32,000 nucleotides of DNA from an uncultured Actinomycetes bacterium (GTDB lineage: Bacteria; Actinomycetota; Actinomycetes; S36-B12; CAIYMF01). The position numbers and the translations under genes are program-made. Location of the stretch: assembly GCA_963843975.1 (NCBI GenBank), contig CAWJMG010000001.1, positions 150,001-182,000 on the forward strand, read 5' to 3'. Under the pieces are notes generated by a model. The model was not told where the DNA came from and did not search any database. It saw nothing but the letters and a program-made list of their open reading frames with translations. This document shows, in pieces, positions 1 to 8,963 of the stretch. The first letter of the stretch is position 1; each line of letters opens with the position of its first letter.

Positions 1-530
1 TCGACGCCCCCGGCGTCGACCTGCTCTTCCTCGACACCGGCTACCACTTCCCCGAGACGATCGGCACGCGCGACGCCGTCGCCGCCGTCTACGACGTCAG
101 CGTGCGCACGGTGCTTCCGCTGCTCACGATCGAGGAGCAGACCGCCGAGCACGGCGCCGACCTGTGGTCGCGCGACCCCGACGCGTGCTGCGCGATCCGC
201 AAGGTCGAGCCGCTCGAGCGCGGCCTTGCGCCGTACGACGCGTGGGTGACCGGCATGCGCCGCGAGGATGCCCCCACGCGCAAGGACATCGAGGTCGTCG
301 GCTGGGATGCCCGCCGCGACAAGGTGAAGCTCAACCCGCTCGCAGCCTGGACCCAGGACGACGTCGACGCGTACGCCGAGAAGCACGGCGTGCTCATGAA
401 CCCGCTGCGCCAGATCGGCTACGCGTCCATCGGCTGCGCGCCCTGCACGCGGCCGGTGGCCGAGGGAGAGGACCCGCGTGCCGGCCGCTGGAGCGGCACC
501 GGCAAGACCGAGTGCGGGCTGCACACGTGA
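1..530 (+). CDS. cysH: Adenylyl-sulfate (APS)/PAPS reductase, 5' end cut by the window edge
   Basis: Reading frame 3 is open from the window edge. It carries FLDTGYHFPET, a CC pair (DPDACCAIRK), GCAPC and the C-terminal catalytic KTECGLH motif. The TGA at 528-530 overlaps the cysD GTG (GTGA). Confidence 0.9.
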   Translation, partial: DAPGVDLLFLDTGYHFPETIGTRDAVAAVYDVSVRTVLPLLTIEEQTAEHGADLWSRDPDACCAIRKVEPLERGLAPYDAWVTGMRREDAPTRKDIEVVGWDARRDKVKLNPLAAWTQDDVDAYAEKHGVLMNPLRQIGYASIGCAPCTRPVAEGEDPRAGRWSGTGKTECGLHT

Positions 531-1447
531 GCGCGACGTACGCGCCGGCAGTGCGTCGGCTGAGCCAGCTCGACACCCTCGAGGCCGAGGCGGTGCACAT
601 CATCCGCGAGGTCGCGGGCGAGCTCGAGCGCCCGGTGCTGCTGTTCAGCGGCGGCAAGGACTCCGTCGTCATGCTGCACCTCGCGGCGAAGGCGTTCGCG
701 CCCGCGGTGGTGCCGTTCCCGGTGCTGCACGTCGACACCGGCCACAACTTCCCCGAGGTCATCGCCTACCGCGACGAGGCCGTGGAGCGGTACGGCGTGC
801 GCCTCGTCGTCGCGTCGGTTCAGGACTACATCGACAGCGGCAGGCTGCGGGAGCGCCCTGACGGCACGCGCAACCCGCTGCAGACCGTGCCGCTGCTCGA
901 CGCGATCGAGGCCGGCAGGTTCGACTCGGTCTTCGGCGGCGGCCGCCGCGACGAGGAGAAGGCGCGCGCCAAGGAGCGCGTGTTCTCCCTGCGCGACGAG
1001 TTCGGCCAGTGGGACCCGCGCCGCCAGCGCCCCGAGCTCTGGGACCTCTACAACGGCCGCCACCGAGCGGGCGAGCACGTGCGCGTGTTCCCGCTGTCGA
1101 ACTGGACCGAGGTCGACATCTGGGAGTACGTGCTGCGCGAGCGGATCGAGCTGCCGTCGATCTACTACGCGCACGAGCGCGACGTGTTCCTGCGCGACGG
1201 CATGTGGCTCACGGCTGGCGAGTGGGGCGGCCCCAAGGGCGACGAGGTCGTGCAGCGCCGCACGATCCGCTACCGCACGGTCGGCGACATGTCGTGCACC
1301 GGCGCCGTCGACTCGACCGCCGCGACCGTGCAGGACGTCATCGCCGAGGTCGCCGTCAGCACCATCACCGAGCGCGGCGCCACCCGCGCCGACGACCGCC
1401 TCACCGAGGCCGCCATGGAAGACCGCAAGCGCGAGGGGTACTTCTAG
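527..1447 (+). CDS. cysD: Sulfate adenylyltransferase subunit 2
   Basis: GTG 527 overlaps the cysH stop. Contains the PP-loop LLFSGGKDS, HVDTGHNFPE and the C-terminal MEDRKREGYF. About 306 aa. The longer track ORF starting at 164 is an upstream out-of-family extension. Confidence 0.9.
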   Translation: MSATYAPAVRRLSQLDTLEAEAVHIIREVAGELERPVLLFSGGKDSVVMLHLAAKAFAPAVVPFPVLHVDTGHNFPEVIAYRDEAVERYGVRLVVASVQDYIDSGRLRERPDGTRNPLQTVPLLDAIEAGRFDSVFGGGRRDEEKARAKERVFSLRDEFGQWDPRRQRPELWDLYNGRHRAGEHVRVFPLSNWTEVDIWEYVLRERIELPSIYYAHERDVFLRDGMWLTAGEWGGPKGDEVVQRRTIRYRTVGDMSCTGAVDSTAATVQDVIAEVAVSTITERGATRADDRLTEAAMEDRKREGYF

Positions 1448-1449
1448 CC

Positions 1450-2772
1450 ATGACCGCACTCCACGAGAACGCGGCCGAGCTGCTCGCCCACGGCAGCGGC
1501 GGGTCGCCGCACGAGCTCCTGCGCTTCGCCACAGCCGGCTCCGTCGACGACGGCAAGTCGACGCTGGTCGGTCGCCTGCTGCACGACACGAAGTCGGTGC
1601 TCGCCGACACGCTCGCCGCCGTCGAGCGCGCGTCCGAGGCCAAGGGCTTCGACGGCGCCGACCTCGCACTGCTCACCGACGGCCTGCGCGCCGAGCGGGA
1701 GCAGGGCATCACGATCGACGTCGCGTACCGCTACTTCACGACGGCCACGCGCTCGTTCATCCTCGCCGACACCCCGGGGCACGTGCAGTACACCCGGAAC
1801 ATGGTCACGGGTGCCTCGACCGCCGAGCTCGCGCTCGTGCTGGTCGACGCGCGGCACGGCGTCGTCGAGCAGACCCGGCGTCACGCCGCGGTGGCCGCGC
1901 TGCTCGGGATCCGTCACGTGGCGCTCGCTGTGAACAAGATGGACCTCGTCGGCTTCGACGAGTCGGTCTTCACCTCGATCCGGGAAGAGTTCGTCTCGCT
2001 CGCGGCCGCCCTCGGCGTGCGCGACGTCGTAGCGATCCCGCTCTCGGCGCTGCAGGGCGACAACGTCGTGGACCGATCGGCCAGCACCCCCTGGTACGAC
2101 GGCCCCACGCTGCTCGAGCACCTCGAGGCCGTACCGGTGGGCGAGGACCCGGCGGCGGAGCCGCTGCGCTTCCCCGTGCAGTACGTCATCCGACCGCAGA
2201 CCGAGGAGCACCACGACCACCGCGGCTATGCCGGCCGCGTTGCGCATGGCGTCGTGCGCGTCGGCGACGCCGTCGTCGTCCTGCCGTCGGGGCGGACCAC
2301 CACCGTGGCCGCCATCGACGGGCTCGACGGGCCGCTGGAGGAGGCGTTCGCGCCGCAGTCCGTGTCGCTGCGCCTCACCGACGACGTCGACGTGTCCCGG
2401 GGCGACCTCATCGCCGCGGCAGACGGTGCCGCCGAGGCGTCGCAGGACCTCGAGGGCGACATCTGCGTCGTCTCCGAGCGCGCGATCGCCGCGGGCGACC
2501 GCGTGCTCCTGCGGCACGGCACCCGCACCGTCCGGGCGCGCGTTCAAGCGGTGATCTCGCGGCTCGACCTCGCGACGCTCGAGTCGGCGCCGTACGACCA
2601 GGGCCTGGTGGTCAACGACATCGGCCGCGTCACGCTCCGGCTCGCCGAGCCGGTCGCCGCGGACGACTACTCGCACCTCCGTCGTACGGGCTCGTTCCTG
2701 CTCGTCGACGACCAGGAGGGCTCCACCCTCGCGGCCGGCATGGCCGTCGTCGCGCGATGTACCGAGGGCTGA
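1450..2772 (+). CDS. cysN: Sulfate adenylyltransferase subunit 1 (GTPase), with no fused APS-kinase domain
   Basis: ATG 1450 lies 2 nt after the cysD stop. G-motifs GSVDDGKST, DTPGH and NKMD are present. The protein is 440 aa and ends after the EF-Tu-like beta-barrel domains. Confidence 0.9.
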   Translation: MTALHENAAELLAHGSGGSPHELLRFATAGSVDDGKSTLVGRLLHDTKSVLADTLAAVERASEAKGFDGADLALLTDGLRAEREQGITIDVAYRYFTTATRSFILADTPGHVQYTRNMVTGASTAELALVLVDARHGVVEQTRRHAAVAALLGIRHVALAVNKMDLVGFDESVFTSIREEFVSLAAALGVRDVVAIPLSALQGDNVVDRSASTPWYDGPTLLEHLEAVPVGEDPAAEPLRFPVQYVIRPQTEEHHDHRGYAGRVAHGVVRVGDAVVVLPSGRTTTVAAIDGLDGPLEEAFAPQSVSLRLTDDVDVSRGDLIAAADGAAEASQDLEGDICVVSERAIAAGDRVLLRHGTRTVRARVQAVISRLDLATLESAPYDQGLVVNDIGRVTLRLAEPVAADDYSHLRRTGSFLLVDDQEGSTLAAGMAVVARCTEG

Positions 2773-2840
2773 TCTCCCAGCCGGATCGGTCCGCCCCGCG
2801 CGCGACATCCATGTCCATACGTACGAGAGGCACGGACCCC

Positions 2841-3938
2841 ATGAACCGCACCACCGGATCACGCACTGCCGGATCCCGTCTCCGACGCACGCTCGCCGCG
2901 TCCGCCGCCGCCCTGCTCGTGACCGTCGGCCTCGCGGCCTGCGGCACGTCCTCGGCCGACGACAGCGCGGCGGGCGGCGAGGCCCCCACCCTGCGTCTCG
3001 GCTACTTCGCCAACGTCACGCACGCCCTGCCGCTCGTCGGCGTGCAGGACGGCACCTACGCGAAGGCACTCGGCTCGACGAAGCTCGAGACGCAGGTGTT
3101 CAACGCCGGCCCCGCGGCCGTCGAGGCGCTGTTCGCCGGTGCCATCGACGCGACGTACATCGGCCCCAACCCGGCGATCAACGCGTTCGTGAAGAGCAAC
3201 GGCGAGGCCGTCCGCATCGTCGCGGGCGCCTCGAGCGGCGGCGCTCAGCTCGTCGTGCAGCCCGACATCGCCAGCGCCGCCGACCTCAAGGGCAAGACGG
3301 TCGCGTCGCCGCAGCTCGGCGGCACGCAGGACGTCGCGCTGCGCTACTGGCTGAAGCAGCAGGGCCTCACCGCCCCGGTGCAGGGCACCGGCGACGTCAC
3401 CGTCGCGCCGCAGGAGAACTCGCAGACGCTCGACCTGTTCAAGTCGGGCGACATCGCGGGCGCCTGGGTGCCGGAGCCGTGGGCGTCGCGCCTCGTGCTC
3501 GAGGGCGGCGGCAAGGTGCTCGTCGACGAGAAGGACCTGTGGCCGCAGGGCGCGTTCGTCACCACGCACCTGATCGTGTCGACCGAGTACCTGAAGAAGT
3601 ACCCGGCGACCATCACGAAGCTGCTCACCGCCGAGGCCGACACCCTCGACGCCGTCACCAAGGACCCCGCTGCGGCGAAGAAGGCCGCCAACGAGGCCCT
3701 GCTGGCGCTGACCGGCAAGCAGCTCAAGCCCGAGGTGCTCGACCGGGCGTGGGACAACCTCACGCTCACCCTCGACCCGATCGCCTCGACGCTGCAGAGC
3801 AGCGCCGACCACGGCGTCGAGGTGGGCACGACCAAGAAGGCGGACCTCACGGGCATCTACGACCTGACGCTCCTCAACGCGCTGCTGAAGGCGCGCGGCG
3901 GGGCGGTCGTGTCGGCCTCGGGTCTCGGGACGGAGTGA
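2841..3938 (+). CDS. ABC transporter substrate-binding lipoprotein, NitT/TauT (SsuA-like) family
   Basis: ATG 2841 is preceded by GAGAGG. The signal peptide has the lipobox LAAC. The body is NMT1/SsuA-like. It sits inside the cys operon immediately upstream of the matching ATPase and permease. Confidence 0.8.
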   Translation: MNRTTGSRTAGSRLRRTLAASAAALLVTVGLAACGTSSADDSAAGGEAPTLRLGYFANVTHALPLVGVQDGTYAKALGSTKLETQVFNAGPAAVEALFAGAIDATYIGPNPAINAFVKSNGEAVRIVAGASSGGAQLVVQPDIASAADLKGKTVASPQLGGTQDVALRYWLKQQGLTAPVQGTGDVTVAPQENSQTLDLFKSGDIAGAWVPEPWASRLVLEGGGKVLVDEKDLWPQGAFVTTHLIVSTEYLKKYPATITKLLTAEADTLDAVTKDPAAAKKAANEALLALTGKQLKPEVLDRAWDNLTLTLDPIASTLQSSADHGVEVGTTKKADLTGIYDLTLLNALLKARGGAVVSASGLGTE

Positions 3939-3945
3939 CCTCGCG

Positions 3946-4710
3946 ATGACTGCAGCCACGGTGGGCGACGGGCAGCCATGGGCGGTGGCCGATGTGCCGC
4001 CGGCCACGGCCCCGGCCGCCATCGAGCTCGACCGCATCACCAAGCGGTTCGACAGGGACGGCTCACGACCTGCAGTGCTGCAGGACGTGTCGCTCACCGT
4101 GGCTCAGGGCGAGTTCGTGTCCCTCCTCGGGGCGTCGGGCTGCGGCAAGTCGACGATGCTCTCGCTGATCGCCGGCCTCGAGAAGCCGACGAGCGGCACC
4201 GTCGCGACGCCGGGCGGCCACGCGGCACTGATGTTCCAGGAGTCGGCGCTCTTCCCCTGGCTCACCGCGGGGCAGAACATCGAGCTCGCGCTCAAGCTGC
4301 GAGGCGTGCCGCGGCGCGAGCGCCGGGCCGAGGCTGAGCGGCACCTCGAGGTCGTCCACCTCGCGGGGCAGCACAAGACGCGCGTGCACGAGCTGTCCGG
4401 CGGCATGCGCCAGCGCGTGGCCCTCGCCCGAGCTCTCGCGCAGGACGCCCGGATCCTGCTCATGGACGAGCCGTTCGCGGCGCTGGACGCCATCACCCGC
4501 GACGTGCTGCACGACGAGCTCATCCGCGTGTGGGAGTCGACCGGCGTCTCGGTCGTGTTCGTGACGCACAACGTGCGCGAGGCCGTGCGCCTCGGGCAGC
4601 GCGTCGAGCTGCATGTCGTCGCGCCCAGGCCGCTTCGTGCGGCGCTGGACGGTCGACATCGAGGGCCCGCGCCGCATCGAGTCGGCGGGGGTCTCCGAGC
4701 TCTCGCGTGA
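3946..4710 (+). CDS. ABC transporter ATP-binding protein (SsuB/TauB-like) with an apparent +1 frameshift near 4612
   Basis: Walker A GASGCGKST, signature LSGGMRQR, Walker B ILLMDEPF and H-loop VTHN are all present. The family-typical C-terminus (MSSRPGRFV...PRRIES...) continues in frame 2 from 4613. The frame-1 tail running to 4710 looks non-native. Confidence 0.8.
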   Translation: MTAATVGDGQPWAVADVPPATAPAAIELDRITKRFDRDGSRPAVLQDVSLTVAQGEFVSLLGASGCGKSTMLSLIAGLEKPTSGTVATPGGHAALMFQESALFPWLTAGQNIELALKLRGVPRRERRAEAERHLEVVHLAGQHKTRVHELSGGMRQRVALARALAQDARILLMDEPFAALDAITRDVLHDELIRVWESTGVSVVFVTHNVREAVRLGQRVELHVVAPRPLRAALDGRHRGPAPHRVGGGLRALA

Positions 4711-4786
4711 GATCACCGACGACCTGCGCCGCGAGATCCGCCGGCACGCCGCACCTACTACTGCCGCATCGTCGGAGGAGAAGCTC

Positions 4787-5671
4787 ATGAGCCAGTCGAC
4801 GGTCGACCCGCTCGACGACGTCGCGGCCCTCGAGGCCGGTCTCGACGCGCTCGACACACCCACCTCGACGCGCGAGACGCTCCGCACCCGTCTGCGCCGC
4901 TCGGTGCTTCCCCCGATCGTCGCGGTGCTGTTCCTGCTCGCGGTGTGGGTCGTGGTCGTGGCGCTGCACCTGAAGCCGGCGTACGTCATCCCGCCGCCCT
5001 CGGTCGTGTGGGACACGTTCGTCACCTACTGGCAGCAGGGCCTCGTGCAGGAGGCCGTGTGGAACTCCCTGCGCCGCGCCTTCGTCGGCTTCGCCGTCTC
5101 GGTGGTGGTGGGCACGGCGCTGGGTCTGCTGCTCGCGCAGTCCCGCTTCGTGCGTACCGCGATCGGGCCGCTCGTGTCTGGCCTGCAGTCGCTGCCGTCG
5201 GTCGCGTGGGTGCCCGCGGCGATCATCTGGTTCGGCCTCACCGACGCCGCGATCTACATGGTGGTGCTGCTCGGCGCCGTGCCTTCGATCGCCAACGGGC
5301 TGCTCGCCGGCGTCTCGCAGGTGCCGCCGCTCTACCTCCGCGTCGGCCGGGTGCTCGGCGCACGCGGCTTCAACTCGATCCGGTACGTCGTGCTCCCGGC
5401 GGCAATGCCGGGCTATCTCGCCGGCCTGCGCCAGGGCTGGGCATTCGCCTGGCGCTCGCTGATGGCCGCCGAGCTGATCACCTTCTCCCCTGCCCTCGGC
5501 ACGTCGCTCGGCCAGGTGCTGCAGGTCGGCCGCGAGCTCTCGGACATGAGCCTCGTGATCGCCGCGATCCTGCTCATCCTCATCGTGGGCGTCGGGATCG
5601 AGCTGCTGGTGTTCTCGCCGCTCGAGCGCAGGCTGCTGAAGTCGCGCGGACTCACGGCGGGTGCGCGATGA
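4787..5671 (+). CDS. ABC transporter permease (SsuC/TauC-like, BPD_transp_1)
   Basis: ATG 4787 lies 6 nt after GGAGGAG (4774-4780). The protein has multiple TM helices and an EAA-like loop (RVGRVLGARGFNSIRYVVLPAAMP). The track ORF starts at 4613, but that N-terminal part is the shifted ATPase C-terminus. Confidence 0.8.
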   Translation: MSQSTVDPLDDVAALEAGLDALDTPTSTRETLRTRLRRSVLPPIVAVLFLLAVWVVVVALHLKPAYVIPPPSVVWDTFVTYWQQGLVQEAVWNSLRRAFVGFAVSVVVGTALGLLLAQSRFVRTAIGPLVSGLQSLPSVAWVPAAIIWFGLTDAAIYMVVLLGAVPSIANGLLAGVSQVPPLYLRVGRVLGARGFNSIRYVVLPAAMPGYLAGLRQGWAFAWRSLMAAELITFSPALGTSLGQVLQVGRELSDMSLVIAAILLILIVGVGIELLVFSPLERRLLKSRGLTAGAR

Positions 5672-6909
5672 GCACGCCGTCGTACCCCGTCTTCCTCGAC
5701 CTTGCAGGGCGACGCACGCTCGTGGTCGGCGGCGGGCCGGTCGCGGCCCGTCGTGCGACTGGTCTGCTCGAGGCCTCGGCCGACGTCGAGGTGGTCGCGC
5801 CGTGGCTGTGCGAGGACCTCGCTCAGCTGGTCGCCGACCGGCGCGTGGTGTGGCACGCGCGCGAGTACGTCTCGTCCGACGTGGACGGCGCGTGGTTCGT
5901 GCACACGGCCACGGGCGACGTGCTGGTCGACTCCCTGGTCGCCGACGATGCCGCCGCCGCTCGGATCTGGTGCGTGCGCGCGGACGACGCATCCCGTTCT
6001 GCCGCATGGACTCCCGCGGTTGCCCGCGGCGCCGACGGCGTCGTGCTCGCGGTGTCGGGTGGCGGCGACCCCGGGCGGGCGCGTGCCCTGCGCGACGCCG
6101 TCGCGGCCGCGCTCGACTCCGGCACGCTGCCGGTCCGGCGTACTCGCGCTGTCGATACCCCTGCCGTGGGCGTGGTGCACCTGGTCGGGGGCGGTCCGGG
6201 CGACGAGGAGCTGCTGACCGTGCGCGGTCGCCGTCTGCTCGCGACGGCCGACGTCGTGGTGGTCGACCGGCTCGCGCCGCGGTCGGTGCTGGCGCAGCTG
6301 TCGGCCGACGTCGAGGTGATCGACTGCGGCAAGACGCCCGGCCACCACCAGCTCACGCAGGACCAGATCAACGAGGTGATCGTCGACCGCGCGCGGCAGG
6401 GGCTCACGGTCGTGCGGCTCAAGGGCGGCGACCCGTTCGTCCTCGGCCGCGGCGGCGAGGAGGCGCTCTACTGCCACGCGGCCGGCGTGCCCGTGACCGT
6501 CGTACCCGGTGTGACGTCGGTTGTGTCGGTGCCCGCAGCGGCCGGCATCCCCGTGACGCACCGCGGTGTGACGACGTCGTTCGCGCTGGTGTCGGCGCAC
6601 GACGGCATCGACCCGGTGGTCGAGGCCGCCCGGTCGCACTCGGTGTCGACGACTCTCGTGCTGCTCATGGGCGTGCGCCTGCTGCGCTCGTCGGCCGAGG
6701 CACTGGTCGCCGCCGGCCGTCCGGCCTCGACGCCGGTCGCAATCGTCGAGCGCGGCTGGACCGCCACCCAGCGCACCACGGTCGGCACGCTGGCCGACAT
6801 CGCCGACCTCGCCGAGGCCCGCGGAGTCGAGTCGCCGGCCGTCGTCGTGGTGGGCGATGTGGTCGCGCTGCGCGGTCAGCTCGGCCCCTTCTCCCCCGAG
6901 ATCGACTGA
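5668..6909 (+). CDS. cysG: Siroheme synthase-like bifunctional protein: precorrin-2 dehydrogenase N-domain plus uroporphyrinogen-III C-methyltransferase
   Basis: ATG 5668 overlaps the permease stop (ATGA). The N-terminal NAD motif is VVGGGPVAARRA. The C-terminal SUMT motifs are VGGGPGDEELLT and VRLKGGDPFVLGRGGEE. 413 aa. Confidence 0.85.
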   Translation: MSTPSYPVFLDLAGRRTLVVGGGPVAARRATGLLEASADVEVVAPWLCEDLAQLVADRRVVWHAREYVSSDVDGAWFVHTATGDVLVDSLVADDAAAARIWCVRADDASRSAAWTPAVARGADGVVLAVSGGGDPGRARALRDAVAAALDSGTLPVRRTRAVDTPAVGVVHLVGGGPGDEELLTVRGRRLLATADVVVVDRLAPRSVLAQLSADVEVIDCGKTPGHHQLTQDQINEVIVDRARQGLTVVRLKGGDPFVLGRGGEEALYCHAAGVPVTVVPGVTSVVSVPAAAGIPVTHRGVTTSFALVSAHDGIDPVVEAARSHSVSTTLVLLMGVRLLRSSAEALVAAGRPASTPVAIVERGWTATQRTTVGTLADIADLAEARGVESPAVVVVGDVVALRGQLGPFSPEID

Positions 6910-6914
6910 AGCTT

Positions 6915-6965
6915 CCCGATCTGGATGCTTCAACGGTCGGTATGCCGGCCTGGCAGGCATCCAGA
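6915..6965 (+). repeat. Conserved 51-nt stem-loop element, copy 1 (CCCGATCTGGATGCTTCA-N24-GCATCCAGA)
   Basis: The 9-bp stem pairs TCTGGATGC (6920-6928) with GCATCCAGA (6957-6965). The same 18+9 nt with identical spacing recurs in reverse orientation at 10398-10448. Confidence 0.7.
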
Positions 6966-7649
6966 GCGACGTGCGACGGTAGGCGCGTGACCCTCGGAGT
7001 TCTGCTCGCGCACGGATCGCCCGACCCGCGGTCGGCGCGCTGGGTGGCCTGCGCCGCAGCGGGCGTCGAGTCCCGCGTCGGATTCCGCGTGGTCGGCGCG
7101 TTCCTCGATCACGACTCCCCACGTCTGGACGAGGCGGTGGCTGCGACTGGTCCTGACGACGAGGTCGTCGTGCTGCCGCTGCTGCTGTCGGCGGCGTTCC
7201 ACGCGCGGGTCGACGTACCCGCTGCAGTGGCCGCCCTCCCCCGCCCCGTGACGCTGCTCGACCCGCTCGGCCACCCGGAGACCGTGCTCGACGCCGCGCT
7301 GGCTCGGTCCGGCCGCGCGTGTGTCGTCGTAGCGGCGGGTACGAAGGTCGACGACGAGCGCGCAGCCTTCGCCGATGCGGTCGCGGCCTCGTCCGCGCGG
7401 ACCGGCGTGCCGGCCTCCGTCGCCTTCGCCACCGGCCCGGGCGCTCGGCTCACCGACTCGCCCGCCGGCACGGTCGTCGTGCCATGGCTTCTCGCCCCCG
7501 GCCGCCTGCACGACTCCGTGCTCGCGACAGCCGCGGAGTCGTCGTACACCGTCGCCGGCGGCCCGCTCCTCGACGAGCCGACGATGCTCGACGCCATCGC
7601 CTTGCGCCTATGTCAGTGGTCGTTTCGCGGCATCTACCCCCCGTTCTGA
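6942..7649 (+). CDS. Sirohydrochlorin chelatase (CbiX/SirB family)
   Basis: Contains LLAHGSPDP (catalytic His region) and a two-lobed CbiX-like layout. The start is ambiguous. ATG 6942 lies inside the stem-loop element, and GTG 6987 (VTLGVLLAHGS) is an equally plausible start. Confidence 0.7.
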   Translation: MPAWQASRATCDGRRVTLGVLLAHGSPDPRSARWVACAAAGVESRVGFRVVGAFLDHDSPRLDEAVAATGPDDEVVVLPLLLSAAFHARVDVPAAVAALPRPVTLLDPLGHPETVLDAALARSGRACVVVAAGTKVDDERAAFADAVAASSARTGVPASVAFATGPGARLTDSPAGTVVVPWLLAPGRLHDSVLATAAESSYTVAGGPLLDEPTMLDAIALRLCQWSFRGIYPPF

Positions 7650-7709
7650 CTACCGGCTCGCCAACATCGGCGCCGTCATGCGGCCGTGCCGACGATGGCC
7701 GAGACCGCA

Positions 7710-8963
7710 TCAAGGAGCCTCCGGCTGCCGGTTACCGCAACCATCTGTCGGCTGCTCGACCTTGAACCAGCCGTCGTTCGTCCTGACGAAGATCGGCCGT
7801 TGAATGTCCAGCTTCAGCCTGCAGGCGTCGGCCTTCGGCTGGCCCGGCTGACGGAGGGCGGCATCGACATCGTCGAAGACAGCTCCACTCTGGGGCGAGA
7901 CGGAGTAGGGAACGAGGGTGCCGCCGTTCTCGTACGGGCAGACGACGTACTCGATCACGGATCCGGCGATGGGTTGCGGGACGCGGTACTCCAAGGTCCT
8001 CTGCCGCTCGCAGGCTTCCGATGCGTAGGCACCGATCAGTCCCTCGGGCTTGAGGGTCGGCGTGGGCGTCGGCTGCGCGGTGGGCGCGGTGCCCGTGGGG
8101 GTGGGCTCGGGGCCGGTCGAGACGGAGTCGGTCGGCGACGGCTCGGCGGTCGGCGCATCGGTGGTGGGCGTCGGCGTGGGGGTCGTGACGACGGAGGCGG
8201 GGAGCGGTACGGCGGCGGCGAGGGTCACGAGCGCGTCGATGTCGTCGAGCAGCCCGGGGTCGCCAGATCCGTCGATAATCCGGTCCTTGTCCGCGTCGCC
8301 GTTCCACGAGACGACGGTGACGACGGCGCCGGTCTCGCGGACGCTCGACGCGGCGATCGTCGACCCGTCCGTCCACCTCTGCACGATGACAGGGCCGCTC
8401 CCAGTCTCCACCCGCGGATCGCACGTCATCGTGCTGTCGCCGCAGGACTGCTCGAGCTCTGCGAGGCGGGTGGCCACCTCCTCGGAGGCGGCCCGTCGGC
8501 CGCCCACCGTGGCGCGGACTCCCACGCCGAGCGCCGTCGCACGGCCGTCTTTGACGTAGCGGTAGATCGCCCTGGTGAAGGCCTGCCCAGGAACGGAGTA
8601 GGTGACCGAGCCGTCTGCGTACACCGCCGGCGTCTGGGTGCCGTAGGGCAGGTAGGGCTCGACGGCCCGGGCCCAGTCGTCCGGACCCCCGTCTACGACG
8701 GCGGGACCGGCCGTCGCAGTCGCTCCTGTGGGCGACGCAGAGCCGGTCGGGGCGCCAACGATGCCGGTGTCCGAGTCGGGGAGCGCCGAGACCACGAGGG
8801 CACCGACGACGACGAGCACTGCTGCGGCCGAGGTGAGCGTGGTCGCCGTACGGATCCGGCGGCGGCGGCGTCCCGCTGCCACGGCGCGGTCGAGGTCGAG
8901 GCGGTCGGCGGGGCCGCCCTCGAGGACGGTGGAGAAGAACTCCTTCACCTGCTGGTCGCTCAT
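7710..8963 (-). CDS. Single-pass membrane protein co-transcribed with the ECF sigma factor (putative anti-sigma/sensor); extracytoplasmic domains of unknown function
   Basis: ATG 8963 overlaps the sigma stop (ATGA). A short cytoplasmic N-terminus ends in RRRRRIR, followed by one TM helix (AAAVLVVVGALVVSAL). Next come a globular region, a Pro/Thr-rich linker and a C-terminal Cys-containing domain. There is no ZAS HxxxCxxC motif. Confidence 0.6.
   Translation of the reverse strand: MSDQQVKEFFSTVLEGGPADRLDLDRAVAAGRRRRRIRTATTLTSAAAVLVVVGALVVSALPDSDTGIVGAPTGSASPTGATATAGPAVVDGGPDDWARAVEPYLPYGTQTPAVYADGSVTYSVPGQAFTRAIYRYVKDGRATALGVGVRATVGGRRAASEEVATRLAELEQSCGDSTMTCDPRVETGSGPVIVQRWTDGSTIAASSVRETGAVVTVVSWNGDADKDRIIDGSGDPGLLDDIDALVTLAAAVPLPASVVTTPTPTPTTDAPTAEPSPTDSVSTGPEPTPTGTAPTAQPTPTPTLKPEGLIGAYASEACERQRTLEYRVPQPIAGSVIEYVVCPYENGGTLVPYSVSPQSGAVFDDVDAALRQPGQPKADACRLKLDIQRPIFVRTNDGWFKVEQPTDGCGNRQPEAP

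Noticed and set aside
4612-4613. Programmed +1 ribosomal frameshifting at the three shift sites (4612, 11229, 21810)
   Set aside because: I saw no known +1 slippery or hungry-codon context, no internal Shine-Dalgarno stimulator and no downstream structure. These families are not known to use recoding. A sequencing error or a mutation is simpler.
8050-8230. Repetitive GGCGTGGG/GTCGGC DNA that looks like a tandem repeat
   Set aside because: It is the antisense of the Pro/Thr-rich linker (PTPTPT...) within the 7710-8963 coding sequence. This is low-complexity coding sequence, not an independent repeat element.
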